From assembly GCA_001179505.1 (NCBI GenBank), contig CDMY01000499.1, positions 124,001 through 188,000 of the forward strand: DNA of 64,000 nucleotides, in the 5' to 3' direction. This document shows positions 35,925 to 49,291 of the stretch, in pieces. The stretch is from Vitrella brassicaformis CCMP3155 (Eukaryota > Protista > Chromerida). The notes below the pieces were generated by a model. It was not told where the DNA came from. It did no database searches and was given only the letters and a program-made list of their open reading frames with translations. How positions within the stretch are numbered: the stretch's first letter is position 1; every line of letters starts with the position of its first letter. A program made the position numbers and the translations under genes.

Positions 35925-38104
35925 TCAGAGACGCGTCGGATCCACCTCCTCATCGCGAGTTTTCTCGTCGGACATGCCGATCATTTTGAGCTGCAGCAGC
36001 GCCACAACTGGTGTGTGGTCCGACATGTCGATCTCTGGGAACGACTGGTAGTCGCAGCCGCTCCACTGCATGAAGGGTGAGAGGCTCCTCACAAACACGC
36101 GGTCGCAGTAGTGAGGGGTCTGTTGTGGAAAGTAAGGGAAAATCACCTGATTCAATCTGGCGCATTCATTGCAATTGTATGTGTGTTGACAGGCTTACGT
36201 GCTGCGTCATGTAGCACAGCCTCGCCCTGCAAAGCAGGTACTGGGCCTCATCGAGATCAGCGGCCGACTTAACGTTCACCAGGAAGTCCGAATTCATCAG
36301 ATGTGCTAGTTCTCTGCGGCTGCCAAAAGCCCTCCGTCTCTGGCGAGTGGGAGGCCCGAAAGGGCCGGGAGGAACAGAAACGATGAGAGGATGAGTGGAC
36401 GAGAGTTTGTCCTTTCTTGCACCTGTTCGGGGGTTGTGTAGGAGAGACACTGGTACTCGAGCTTCGACTTGAGGAGCTTATTCCCCAGGGTCGACGTGTC
36501 GGGCTTGTCCTTCCTGGCCTTGGCCTTGACACGCGTGCAATCATCCCGGACTCCTGGCTGGATACGTGTCTGTAAAGCACCACAGGCAGACAGAGTGACC
36601 GCGTCTCAGTCTGTGTGGGTCGTTCGCCAACGGACAAGTGGCATATGGAACGTGGGGAGGAAACTTTTGATGGCCATCTCTTTCCACTCGTCCGACATCC
36701 ACCCGCCGCCTGCTGCCGTCTCCCCGCCTCGCCACGTGCCGATAATCTCGTCTGCTGAAAGGAGCTCAGCGATAAGCGGCTTGATGGTTTGCACCTCGCC
36801 AGTCCATTCAAGCTCGGATGTGCCGAATGGAAAGAAAATGTGGCCCTTCGAATACTTATCGCTGCGCCGCCTTCGGACAAGCGCCGGCATCTTCTTAAAT
36901 TGCGCCTCAGTGAAGACTGTTATCCTGACACCTCGTGGGTTCCAATCGGCCGCTGCAAGGACGGCGACACACTTAGACGCCCCATCAGGGCGAAAAAAGT
37001 CGAGGATTTTGCTCGCCTGCCGCATGCGCCTTCCCGGGTCGGTGCTGCTGTCGGTATGCGCCCCGGCAAAGCAGATGTGCACCTCGTGGCCCTTGATGAA
37101 GATGGGTATTTTCGCGAACACGGCCTCTTTCGTTGCCGTGGTCGCTGCGCAGCCTATCAGCGCGTTTCGGGAGTTGACAATGCTCTTCCGCGCCCATCCC
37201 GCCCAGCCACTCAGCTGGAAGTAAATGGCCCATCCTTCAGGCTGAGACATCGTTGCTGTCCGCCCTCTGACAAAGACCGCCATGACCACACCCTTATTCA
37301 CTTCAGCATCCTCAGGATGCTCATCCTCCTCTTCCAGTGTGTCGACTTCGTTGAAGGTCGCGCACGGGCTGTTCAGTTCATAGTTGGTCATAAAGAGTCG
37401 GTGCTCGATGCCCTCCTGCTCGATCTCGACGTCAGTGTAATTGCCGGGTGACACGCTGGGATCGCCTGAACAGGACAGAGTAAGACACGCACCACTCTCT
37501 CGTCAATGAGTGAGTGTCCTGCTCCTGCGCTTGCACCGTCAAAGACGAAGAGCTCGTATTTCGGCTGATCCGGCAGCTGGTCGCAGAGGAAAGGTACGAG
37601 GCCCTCCTCGCCATTCTCTTGCAGCGTGAGCTGAGAGATGCCGATAAAGAGAAGGATGCGCACACCTGAATGACTGTTGAAATCATTATGTTGGCACCTG
37701 AATGACATCTGCACTCCTGCCAAAGCATTTGCTCAAGAGGACCTTGAGCGAGCCGAAGAGCTCGTCGCCGACGACGCCTCCGGTGGCCGCGTGGTGCTGC
37801 AAGACAAAGGGAAGCGACAAGAGCCTGAGAAGTTCGCGTGCAGATCGGAGAGACTCGGCGCTGCCGCGCCCACCCATTCGCTGCCAACATTCCAGGTGAT
37901 CGAGCAGACGTCGATTGCACCTTTTGCAGCGTCCTCGTGGTCACAAACGCCTTGCTTTTCCTTCCAGGGAAGCTGCCACTGGGGCTCTGAGTCACCGGCC
38001 GCAGACCGCCATGAACTTGACGAATTCGGGTGCAGACGTCGGGCGTGACAACCGGGTGCCACCATGGCCAGCAGAACAAACGCAACAACCGCGAGACAAA
38101 GCAT
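35925..38104 (-). CDS. Inositol-polyphosphate 5-phosphatase-like (EEP superfamily) protein with signal peptide
   Basis: Signal peptide MLCLAVVAFVLLAMVAPG; ITWNVG; ADVIQ|LTLQE; FAGAH; ADWNPR (cf. GDxNxR); PHYCDRV (cf. PSWCDRI); SDHTPV. Confidence 0.75.
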
Positions 38105-38307
38105 TCCCGCAAAGAGACAGGGGCCTCTGTAAACAAAAATGCGAGCTTCTTCAAATGAAATCGGCCGTGTCTACACGAGACGGCGGCCATTCCAGCGTCA
38201 CGTTGCAGGTAGTGTGAAGCTGCCTGTGCGTTCAGAACTGCGTTGCCGCTATCAGCCGGCTGTGAGAGTTTGTAGGCGTCTGTCTTGCCGTAGCGAGTGT
38301 TTTTCCC

Positions 38308-38487
38308 ATGGCGTTTGCGAGGGAACCATCGAATCGTGGCCTGTACGACCCCTCTCGCGAGCAGGATGCGTGTGGCGTCGGCTGCATCGCTGATCTTCAG
38401 GGACGGGTCAGTGAGGGGTGCGGGTGCGGGTGGCAGAGGGAGGGTCATGTGTGCGTGTTGTGTCGTGTTTTCCATCTCGGTGTGTCA

Positions 38488-38526
<39 letters not shown>

Positions 38527-41500
38527 GCGGAGGACGGTGAGTGATGCGTATAAGCTGCTGGTTCGCATGACCCATCGAGGAGCCAAGCAAGGCGAAGACG
38601 GAGATGGTCAGGCACTCATTCACAGCACAGCACACGCAGATGAGAGGGCAGCCAGCAAGCCGACAGCCAAGCACGTGTGTGTGTCGTGTGTTGTGTGTTG
38701 TGTGTCAGGTGCGGGCATCATGTTGGGTCTGCCGCATGCCTTTTACAGGAAGGTGACTCAGTTCTCCTTCCACCTGCCGCCGCAGGGCAGGTATGGCGTC
38801 GGCATGTTCTTCCTCCCAAAGGGTGAAATGGACCGACACGCTGCCATGGAGGTGAGGTCAGAGGACCACCAGCTGGCCACGCCAACACACCAACACGCGC
38901 CGATGTTTGCCTGGCTCCCTGCCTGTGCGTGCCAGATGATTGAGCGCACCGTCCGACAGCATGGCTTGGTGGTGCTGGGTTGGCGCGCCCCTCTACCTAC
39001 CAAGTCGACCATTCTGGGCCCCAAGGCCAAAGCCACCGAGCCGTTCATCGCCCAAGTGTTTGTCAGCATGCCCACCGACCTCGTGGTAAGCAAGCCAGAC
39101 ATGAGACCAGCACACGTAGGAGACGATTCCTCCCTCTGTGTGTGTGTGTCCATAGGATTGCGAGGAAGATGAGGCGTCCCCGATGAGCCGTGAGGTGATG
39201 CCCCGGCTGTCGAAGCAGTTCACTGACAACGAGAGTGACGCCGTATCTGTGCGGGAGACCGTCGCCGTCATTGAGGGGCTGCCCGCCGACCTCGAGACCC
39301 TCCTCTACATCGTCCGCAAGAAGCTAGCCAAAGAGCAGACCATCTACATCTGCAGGTGTGTGAGCCGGATGCGTGTGGGTATGGTGTGGGCAGAAATACA
39401 TACCACCGATGAGATGTGTGCTGACTGATCTCTCTCTGTCCGTTCTGTCTGTCTGTCTGTCTGTCAGTTTCTCGAGCCGCACGGTGGTGTACAAAGGTCA
39501 GTTTCAGGCGGAGCAGCTGTTCAACTACTTTGACGACCTCATGGACGAGGACCTCACCTCGTACCTGGCACTCGTCCACTCCCGATTCTCTACCAACACC
39601 TTCCCCAACTGGCAGCGAGCACACCCGTAAGCCAGCAACACACACGCACGCACACACGTGTGTCTGTGTGCCCATTTACGGCTGTCCATGTGTGTGTGAG
39701 CCAGGTTCCGTCGCATCTGCCACAACGGCGAGATCAACACGATCGAGGGCAACCGCAACTGGCTGCGGGCTCGGGAGGGCCTCATGAAGGCCACGCCCAA
39801 GGCGTTCGCATCAGTGCCCCTGGCCGACCTCGTCCCAATCGATGAGGGCTGCGGGTAAATGAGTCACGCATACACAGACACACACACACACACATGCCGT
39901 GCGTGATACACAGGCGGAAGGAAGCACCCACACACACGTGGCATTGACTGGTTGTGTGTGGCTTCCAGATCCGACTCGAGCACGTTGGACTCAGTGGTCG
40001 ACTTCCTCACCATGGCCGGCCGGCCGATCGAGCACGTCATCATGATGCTCGTGCCCGAGGCCTGGCAGAACAACAGCAGCATGACCGAGGAGAAACGGGC
40101 CTTCTACCAGTACCACTCCTGCATGATGGAGCCGTGGGACGGGCCTGCCCTGGTGGCCTTCACCGACGGCAAGAAGCTGGGCGCCACGCTCGACCGCAAC
40201 GGGCTGCGGCCGGGCCGCTACTACATCACCGTCGATGACCGGCTCATTCTCGGCAGCGAAGTGGGCGTGGTCGATGTGGCTTCGAGCCAGGTGCGTCGGT
40301 CGGCTGCTGCATTGCCATTCGACCTGCGGGCATCTGTGGGCTGGCTGTTTTGTGTGTGGGTGTGTTGTGTGTAGATTCGGTTCAAGGGCCGCCTCCGCCC
40401 CGGCCGGATGCTGCTGATCGACTTCCAGCAGAAGCGTCTCGTGGAAGACGAGGCACTCAAGGCCTCGTAAGCGCAGAAGAGACCACACAGGCTTCCCTAG
40501 ACACACATATATGTGGGTGGACTTGAACGATTGTGGATTGGTGTTGTGTTGTGTGTCAGGATCTCCCGTATGCATCCATACGCTGAGTGGGTGAAGAAGA
40601 ACACTGTGCGGCTGGCCGACCTCACGCAGCCCGTGCTAGGTAGGTGGGTCCGGTGGTGTGGTGTGGCGGTGGCCAAGCAGTCCCTCGCTTATCGAAATGC
40701 CTGTGTGCGCTTCAGGCGACGACTTGAAGGCCGAGCTGATGCTCGACGACAAGAAGATGATCCGGCGCATGAAGGCAAGCCCCCTCCCCCCTCCCCCCCC
40801 CGGCCACACATCAATGTGCACACACAGGTCAACGCATCTGTCTGTCCTTGTGTGCAGATGTTCGGCTACTCGTACGAGAAGTTCGACATGCTGGTGGCGC
40901 CGATGGCCAAGCGGTCGGCCGAGTCGCTGGGCAGCATGGGCAATGACATCCCTCTCGCGTGCCTCTCCAAGCTGCCCAGAAACCCTGCCGACTACTTCGC
41001 ACAGATGTTCGCGCAGGTGCGCGTGTTGACTGACACACATCCCTCTGTGTCGATTCATTCATGGCTCTGTGTGGTGGTGGTGGTGGTGGTGCACTGCGTC
41101 CAGGCGACGAATCCTGCGATCGACCCCATCCGCGAAGCCAACGTGATGTCGCTCGAGTGCCCGATTGGCCCGGAGCAGGACTTGCTCAAGGAGACGCCAC
41201 AGCACTGCAACAGAATCGTCCTAGAGGTAGCTACTTCCGTCCTCTCCGCCCCTCCACACACACATCCAGATCACACACGCATGCATGGGTCTGAATGTGT
41301 GTGTCTTGTGTGTGGTTGGGTGTGCAGGAGCCCGTGTTGGACCCCGGTCGATTCCGCGCGTTGGTGTCGCTCGAAGGCTTCCCCGCCCACCGCATCGACA
41401 TCACATGGGACAGCAGAGACGGACCTGCGTGGATGGAGACCAGGATGAAGGAAGGTCAGCGCCTCTCCCACACCCACACCCTCTCATCCTCTCCGCCTCA

Positions 41501-42005
41501 TACATACATTTTCCTCTCCTTATTGCACCACACCCATCAGTGTGCCGTGAGGCATCTGATGCCGTGAGCAGCGGCAAGGCCATCATCGTCTTGTCGGACC
41601 GCCGCTTCAACGAGTCGCGCGTGCCGATCTTCGCGTCGCTGATAGTGGGCGCGGTGCACCAGCACCTGATCCAGCAGAAGCTGCGGTCGGACTGCGCCTT
41701 GGTCATCGAGACGGGCGACGCTTTCGAGGTGCACCAGATCTGCGTGTTGCTGGGGTTTGGCGCTGACGCCATCTACCCGTACATGGCGTACCATAGCCTG
41801 GTGAGGGTCGGCCGCACGCAACTGAATGTGTGTGATGTGTCCACTGCGCGCGTGTGTGTGTTGTCAGAGCCGAGTGCGTTTCTCCCAGAACGAGCCCAAG
41901 ATGGAGCTGGCCAAAATGATTGAGAACTACAGGCAAGCACAGGAGAGAGACGCAGACATAGTGGGGAAGAGAGAGCCCGGCAGCCAACATGGTGGCGTGC
42001 GTGGG

Positions 42006-42037
<32 letters not shown>

Positions 42038-45000
42038 GGTGGCGGTCCACGCGGGCGTGTTGAAGGTCATGTCCAAGTTCGGCATCTCCACACTCATGTC
42101 GTACAAAGGTACGCCCCCATCCACCAAAATGCGCCTCTCTCTCTCTCTCTCTCTCCGCTTGTGTGGATGTATCCCTCCCTGTGTGTGCTTAGGTGCGGGT
42201 ATGTTCCAAGCGGTCGGCCTGAGCCAGAAGGTCATCGACACGTGCTTCACGGGATGCGCCTCAGTCATCGGCGGCGTCGGCCTCGACGTATTCGCCGTCG
42301 ACGCACTCAGGTATATGTAATCCTCCCTCCCTCCCTCCCTCACACAGACACAGGCAGAGAGAGAGAGAGACCATTGCCGAGTGCATCTGTGTTGTGTTTG
42401 TTTGTCAGGCTGCACAACCAGGCCTTCCCCCGGCGCGAGCTGCCCCCCCTGGTCGACATGGACGTCGAGGAGTTTGACGAGGACGGCGTCTACCACTTCC
42501 GCTCCATCCACGACACCGAGCTGCACATGAACCACCCCGACTCCATCGCCAAAGTGCAGGACGCCGCGCGCAGAAATTCTCGCGAGTCATACCGGTGAGA
42601 ATCAGAGAGGGGGATGGGTGTCAGTCATGCTTGTGTATGGTGATCTTGTGTGTGGGTGTGTGTGGTTTGGGTGGGTGCAGGGAGTTTTCCGACTTCCAGA
42701 ACGCCTTGGTGGATCGGTGCGAGCTCCGCGGCTCCTTCGAGCTGGCCCTCGACAAGTGCACGCCCATCGCCATCGAGGAGGTGGAGTCTGTCGCAGCCAT
42801 TGTCAAGTATGCACACCACACACACACACCCTGCCCCCCTCCCCCCAACACACACACACACACACACGCACACATGCGTCTGTGTGTGACAAACCAGGCG
42901 TTTCGCGACCGGTGCGATGTCGTACGGTTCGATAAGCGAGGAGGCCCACAAGGCTCTGGCCATCGCCATGAACAGGATCGGCGGCAGGTCCAACACGGGG
43001 GAGGGCGGCGAGAGCGACGATCGCTACCTGCCCGGGGCCAACGGGGAGAACAAGCGCAGCGCCATCAAGCAGATCGCCAGCGGCCGCTTCGGCGTCACCA
43101 GCCAGTACCTCGTCAACGCAGACGAGCTTCAGATCAAGCTCGCACAGGTCCATCGGACACTACAGCACATCTTTCTGCCGATGGATGGATGGATGTGTGT
43201 GTGTGTGTGTGTGTGTGTTGACAGGGTGCGAAGCCTGGTGAGGGCGGTGAGCTGCCTGGCCACAAGGTAGTGGGCAAGATTGCTGAGACGCGCAAGAGCA
43301 CCCCGGGGGTGGGGCTGATATCCCCGCCGCCCCACCATGACATGTACAGCATTGAGGACGTCGCGCAGCTCATCAGCGACCTCAAGAATGCAAACCCGGA
43401 GGCACGCGTGAGCGTCAAGCTGGTGTCGAAGGTATGCAGAGGGAGAGGGAGACGGAGAGAGAGAGAGATGGGCCGATGAGCATCTGATTGAGATACGTGT
43501 GTGGGTGTGTCTGTGTCTGTGTGTGATTGTGCAGGTGGGTGTGGGGATCATAGCTGCGGGCATTGTCAAGGGCAAGACAGACCACCTCCTCATCAGCGGC
43601 ATGTCAGGCGGCACTGGTAACCCCCACCCACACAATGCACCCATCTCTGCCTGTGCGAACGTCCTGTGTGTATGTGTGTGTGTGCTGCACACACAGGTGC
43701 GGCCAAGTGGACGTCGATCAAGCACGCCGGCCTCCCCTGGGAGATCGGCCTGGCCGAGACCCACCAGACGCTCGTACTCAACGGTCTCAGGGAGAAGGTC
43801 ATTCTGCAGACGGACGGGCAGATCAAGACGGGCCGCGACGTCGTGTACGCCGCCCTGCTGGGCGCGGAGGAGGTGTGCTTCTCGACACAGCCGCTGATCG
43901 CCCTGGGGTGCATCATGATGCGCAAGTGCCATCTCAACACGTGCCCCGTCGGGATTGCCACACAGGTTTGCAGACGTGGTTGCCTGGACGGGTGGATGGC
44001 AGACAGGCCCATTTGTGTGTGTGTGTGTGTGTGGGAGTTAGGATGAGGAGCTTCGGAAGAAGTTCACGGGCAAGCCCGAGCACGTCCTCAACTACCTGTT
44101 CCTGGTGGGCGAGGAGGTGCGCGCCATCATGGCCCAACTCGGCATCAGAAAATACGGTAGGTGCGCCAGTCCGTGTGCCCTAAGCACACCCAAACAAACC
44201 AGCCTCCATTTGTTTTGCCTTCTTTTTTTTTTGCGTGTGTGTAGACGACATGGTGGGCCGTGCCGATCTGTTGCGCCCGAAGCCGTCTCTCAAGGAACAC
44301 TATAAGACCCGCGAGATCGACCTCTCAAAGGTAGGTCGACACACACGCTTACACCGATGGTCACGGGTGTGGTGTATATGTGTGTATATGTGTGTGTGCA
44401 GCTGCTGTACCCGGCGTGGCAGCTGACCGACGCGCAGCAGCCGTCGGGCGGCCCACAGTCGCTGGCGCAGTCGGTTCCCCCTGGCATGTGCTGCAGAATG
44501 GCGCAGGACCATGAACTTGACAAAGTCAGCACACGGCACACCGTGATACACACAAACAGAGGGATGCATCTCACTGTGATGTGTGCATAAAATGCAGGTG
44601 ATCGACCGTGAGATTGTGCGTCTGTCGGTCCGGTCGCTGCAGAAGCAGGCCAAGACCGTCCTGCACATGCCCGTCAGGAACGTCGATCGCACCGTGGGCG
44701 GCATTCTGAGCTACGAGGTCACCCGCCGCTACGGCGCCCAGGGCATGCCCCCCGGCACCATCGTCGTGCGCTTCCGCGGCAGTGCTGGCCAGTCCTTCGG
44801 CGCATGGCTGGCCCCCGGGATCACCTTTGACCTGCAAGGGGATGCCAACGACTACACGGGCAAGGGGCTGAGCGGGGGGCATGTTGTGGTGAGGCCGCCG
44901 AAGGACTCGCCGTTCTTCAATGAGAGCCACGGCAACATCATTGTGGGCACAGAGAGAGAGGGAGGGAGGGAGGGAGGGCGTGAGAGAGGATGTGACACAT

Positions 45001-45214
45001 CCGTGTGTGTGTGTCCGTGTGTGTGTGTGTGTGTGTGGGTGTATGTCAGGTTGGCAACGCCTGTTTGTATGGCGCGACGGACGGGCGCGCCTTCTTTGCG
45101 GGGGTGGCTGCCGAGCGGTTTGCAGTGAGGAATAGCGGGGCCATTGCTGTAGTGGAGGGCGTTGGCGACCACGGATGCGAGTACATGACTCGGTGGGACA
45201 GACACCATCTGACA

Positions 45215-45245
<31 letters not shown>

Positions 45246-47750
45246 TTGGTGGGCGTCGATGCATCCCCTTCTCTGTGTCTCTGTGTGTGCAGTGGTTTGG
45301 TAGTGATTCTTGGCGAGATCGGTCAGAACTTCGCTGCCGGCATGAGCGGCGGCATCGCATACCTTCTCGACATCGACAAGGTGGCTGCCCAAGCCCTCAA
45401 CACACACACACACCCACACCCACACCCACACACACACGCCCCCATCCATGTGTGTGTTTTCGTTTCTGTGTCTATCATTGCATCGCAACAAACAGGACAA
45501 CGTCAACGACCAGATGGTGTATTTGGAGCCCGTGACGTCTTTGGAGGACAAGCGCACCCTGGAGAACCTCGTCAACGAGCACTACGACCGCACCCGCAGC
45601 GAGCGCGCCAAACTCATCATCAACAACTGGAAGGAATACAGCCAGCGGTAAGGACTCTCTTAACACTCCTCACACACACAGAGAGAGAGCGAGAGGCCGG
45701 CGCACACACCATGAGAGAAGCGCACTCCCACACCCCGTGTGTGTCACCAGCTTCACTAAGGTCTTCCCGAAGGACTACAAGCGTGTGTTGAGGGAGGCCA
45801 TCGCCGACCACGTCAGGACGGGCAGCAAGGTGGCCGGGGCCATCCTCAACGACTGGGAGTCCATCGCCTACCAGCTCAACATGCGCGCCATCAATCGCAA
45901 GATGGCCGTCCCCTTCAGGGCGCTCCTCAACGAGCAGACGCAGCAGAGATACAGGCAGTGGCTCAACAAAAACCTCAAGAACGACTCCACCTTCCAGGTC
46001 ACCATTGCGCTTGTACTCCCTCCCTCCCTCACCCGGCCCCCAATGTGTGTGTGTGTGTGTGTGTTGTAGGAGATTGCTGGTGTGGCAAGCGGCAACTCGA
46101 TGCTGCGCATGATCAAGGACGACACTTCGACGGCCGCCATGACGGGCAAGGAGGAGGTGTTGGTGCCGCGGGCGCAGAGCACCCTCAAGAGCGGCAAGAG
46201 CGCCGAGTTCGACGAGAGGGAGGAGGAGCTCTTCCAGATGGCCTTCAGGGCACAGTACATGATGGTACACACACAGCACAGACACGCACAGAGAGGGTGG
46301 GTAAGGATGCATCAATTTGTGTGTGTGTGATACAGTGGCGGAAGGGCCACCATCGCGGCACTCTGCAGCTGATGGGCAGCAACGTGCTCGACAACAAAGT
46401 GGCGTCGCGGCTGTTCAAGACTGTGAGCGGCAGACAGACCAGACCTTCCACTGTGTGTCCATCGTCTGTGTGTGTATTGGTATTGTGTGTTGTATTATGT
46501 TCATTCAGGCAACCAAGGAGATGTTGAAGCGGAGGATCTCTCAGGAGAAGCAGGAGCTCGAGCGGCGACTCAACGACGCCATGATACCCTCAGCAGCATC
46601 AGCAGTACCAAGGGCAAAGACCAGACCAGGCACGCCACGCCCGACACACACACACCTCACCCCTTTGCACCCACCCCCCATTCATGTGTGTGTGTGTGTG
46701 TGTGTTGCAGAGGAGGAGATTCCCGAGCCGCAGAATGGCCAGGGCGCGATGGTCGAGAAGGCCCCCGTGGACGGCGCGCGCGAGCAGCTGGTCAGCAACT
46801 TCACTGCCGAGGACTTCGTCGACTCCACGCCACTCACCTTCAACAACGAGGGGTGAGCTCGCGGGCCCAGCTGGGCGGCATGCACACCATCTCTCCCTCT
46901 CTGTGTGTGTCCGTTCTCTCTGTGTCGTTGGTGTAGTATGAGCATGGAGAAGGCCCGCCAGGCACTCGACATGGAGGACCTCGTCTCACGGCCAAAGAGC
47001 GTCGCCTTCCCGGACAAGAAAAAAGGATTCCACAAGTCAGTCACTGCAGAGAGAGAGAGAGAGAGGGGGAAAGGGCCCATCGACAGGTATCCATCCCTCT
47101 CTGCTGCTCTCACCCCTAGGTACGAGAAGGAGGCCCATCCGTACCGTGAGCCGAAGGTTCGTGTCCTGGACTGGGAGGAGATCACCGTCCCCACCAACTC
47201 GCGAAGCAGACTCTACGACCAGCTCCTGCGCACACAGGCCGCCAGGTTACCCTCACACCAACGCACCCACACCCACACCCACACCATATGCCTCATGTGT
47301 GTGTGTGTCTGTGTGTGTGGTGGTGGTGGTTTCAGGTGCATGGACTGCGGGACCCCCACGTGCCACTACCCCAATCCGCAGGGCGGCGGCTGCCCTCTCG
47401 GCAACAGAATCCCAACATGGAATGCTCTCACCTACGAGGGCAACTGGAAACAGGTGCACACACACACCACCCACACGCACACAGAGACAGAGAGAGGGAG
47501 AGGGAGAGCATCTCGTTGTGTGTGGGGATGGTGTTCAGGCGTTGGAGCGTCTGCTCGACACGAACAACTTCCCCGAGTTCACTGGCCGCATCTGCCCCGC
47601 CCCCTGCGAGGAGTCCTGTGTGCTGGGCATCAACGAGAAGAGCGTCGCCATCAAGAGCATCGAGGTCGCCATCATCGACTACGCCTTCTCAAAGGGATGG
47701 ATCAAACCTAGGCCGCCCAAGGTCAGCCAACAGCCAAGCCACAACACACA

Positions 47751-47784
<34 letters not shown>

Positions 47785-49291
47785 CGTCTGTGTGTCTCTT
47801 TGTGTGTGTCAGGTGCGGACTTACAAGCAGGTGGCGATCATCGGGAGCGGCCCAGCTGGTTTGGCGGCGGCCCAGCAGCTCAACCGTGCGGGCCACTCCG
47901 TCACCGTCTTCGAGCGGTCCGACCGCGTCGGTGGGCTCCTCATGTACGGCATACCCAACATGAAGCTCGACAAGACCAAAATCGTCCAGGTGTGATGGCA
48001 TGGATGGGATGGATGGGATGGATGGATGGATCAGCCCATGCCCTCTCCCTCTCTCTGTCCCAGCGTCGCGTGGACCTGCTTCAAGCAGAGGGCATCACCT
48101 TCCACACCAGCGTCGAGATCGGCAAGGACAAGACTCTCGAGGAGCTCCGCGAGGAGTTCGACGCCGTCCTCCTCGCCACAGGCGCCACTGCGTCGCGGGA
48201 GTTCAAGATCAACGGCTGGGAGCTCGAGGGCATCCACCAGGCGATGGACTTCCTCCACATGAGCCAGAAGTCCCTCCTTGACTCGGACATGCAGGACAGC
48301 GACTACATCGACGCGCAGGACAAGCACGTGATTGTGATTGGTGGGGGCGACACGGCGGTCGACTGCCTGGGGACGGCGATTCGTATGGGGGCGGCATCGG
48401 TGCTGCAGTTCTCGCGGCGCGAGGAGGCGCCCAAGAACCGACCGGACAACAACCCCTGGCCGCAGGTATACACACAGCCAGCCACAGCCAGATGGGGGTC
48501 GGGATGACTGCATGGCACGTGTGTTTGTGCATGTGGCAGTGGGGTGAGTTCTTCCGTGTGGACTACGGACACGCCGAGTGCCACGTCATGCAGGGGAGAG
48601 ACCCGAGAGAATACTGCGTCAAGTAAGCCGGCCGTCCCAGCCTCCGACACACCCCCAACAAACGCACAAGTTACCAATCACGCCGCGTGTGTGTGTGTGT
48701 GTGTGTGCAGGGGTGTCGAGTTCGTGCCACATGACCGCGACCCGACTCGCGTCGGGGGCATCAAGGCCATCCGCATGCACTGGCAGAAGGACCCCAAGAC
48801 CGGCAGGGCCCGCATGGAGGCCATGCCCGGCACCGAGAAGGTCTACAAGGCCGACATTGTGCTGCTCGCCATGGGCTTCCTGGGGCCCGAGGCGACCACA
48901 TGGAGCGGCACCACGGTCAATGTCGACAAGCGGACCAGCAACATCGACGCGGCCATGGGCGACTTCAGGACAAACGTGCCCGGCGTCTTCGCATGCGGCG
49001 ACTGCAGAAGGCAAGAAGCCCCCTCCCCTCAGAGAATAAACAGGCGTCCATCTGCTGCTCTGTGTGTGTGTGTGTGTGTGCAGGGGTGCGACATTGGTTG
49101 TGTGGGCGATAGCCGAGGGCCGCGATGCGGCGCACAAGATCGACGAGTACCTGATGGGCGACTCGGTGCTGCCCCGCGCTTTCCCTGAGTCGGCCAACCC
49201 CAAGCTCTTCCCGCCCACCGTCAGCAACCCCAACCCAGCCATGGGCATGCCCTCGTTCAGGGGCGGCACACACACGGGCAGCGGATGGTAG
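38308..49291 (+). CDS. GLT1: NADH-dependent glutamate synthase (fused alpha + beta subunit, NADH-GOGAT), roughly 40 exons
   Basis: GLYDP..DACGVG (Ntn Cys), [86 protein letters not shown] and the GXGXG domain; then the beta subunit [32 protein letters not shown] and GGGDTAVDC. Confidence 0.97.

Noticed and set aside
37640-37710. 12-bp repeat GTCATTCAGGTG (minus) suggesting a 32-nt micro-intron or frameshift in the phosphatase
   Set aside because: A longer intron ending at CTCTCAG gives the expected ADVIQ|LTLQE motif, so the second copy lies inside the intron.
37432-38475. 347-aa minus-strand ORF
   Set aside because: It crosses introns and wrong frames of the phosphatase gene and overlaps the GLT1 start antisense. 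No motifs; an alternative-start artefact in GC-rich DNA.
46225-46350. IQ-like calmodulin motif [14 protein letters not shown] in the GOGAT insert
   Set aside because: Lacks the Gly and the correctly spaced basic residue of the IQ consensus; too weak to claim.
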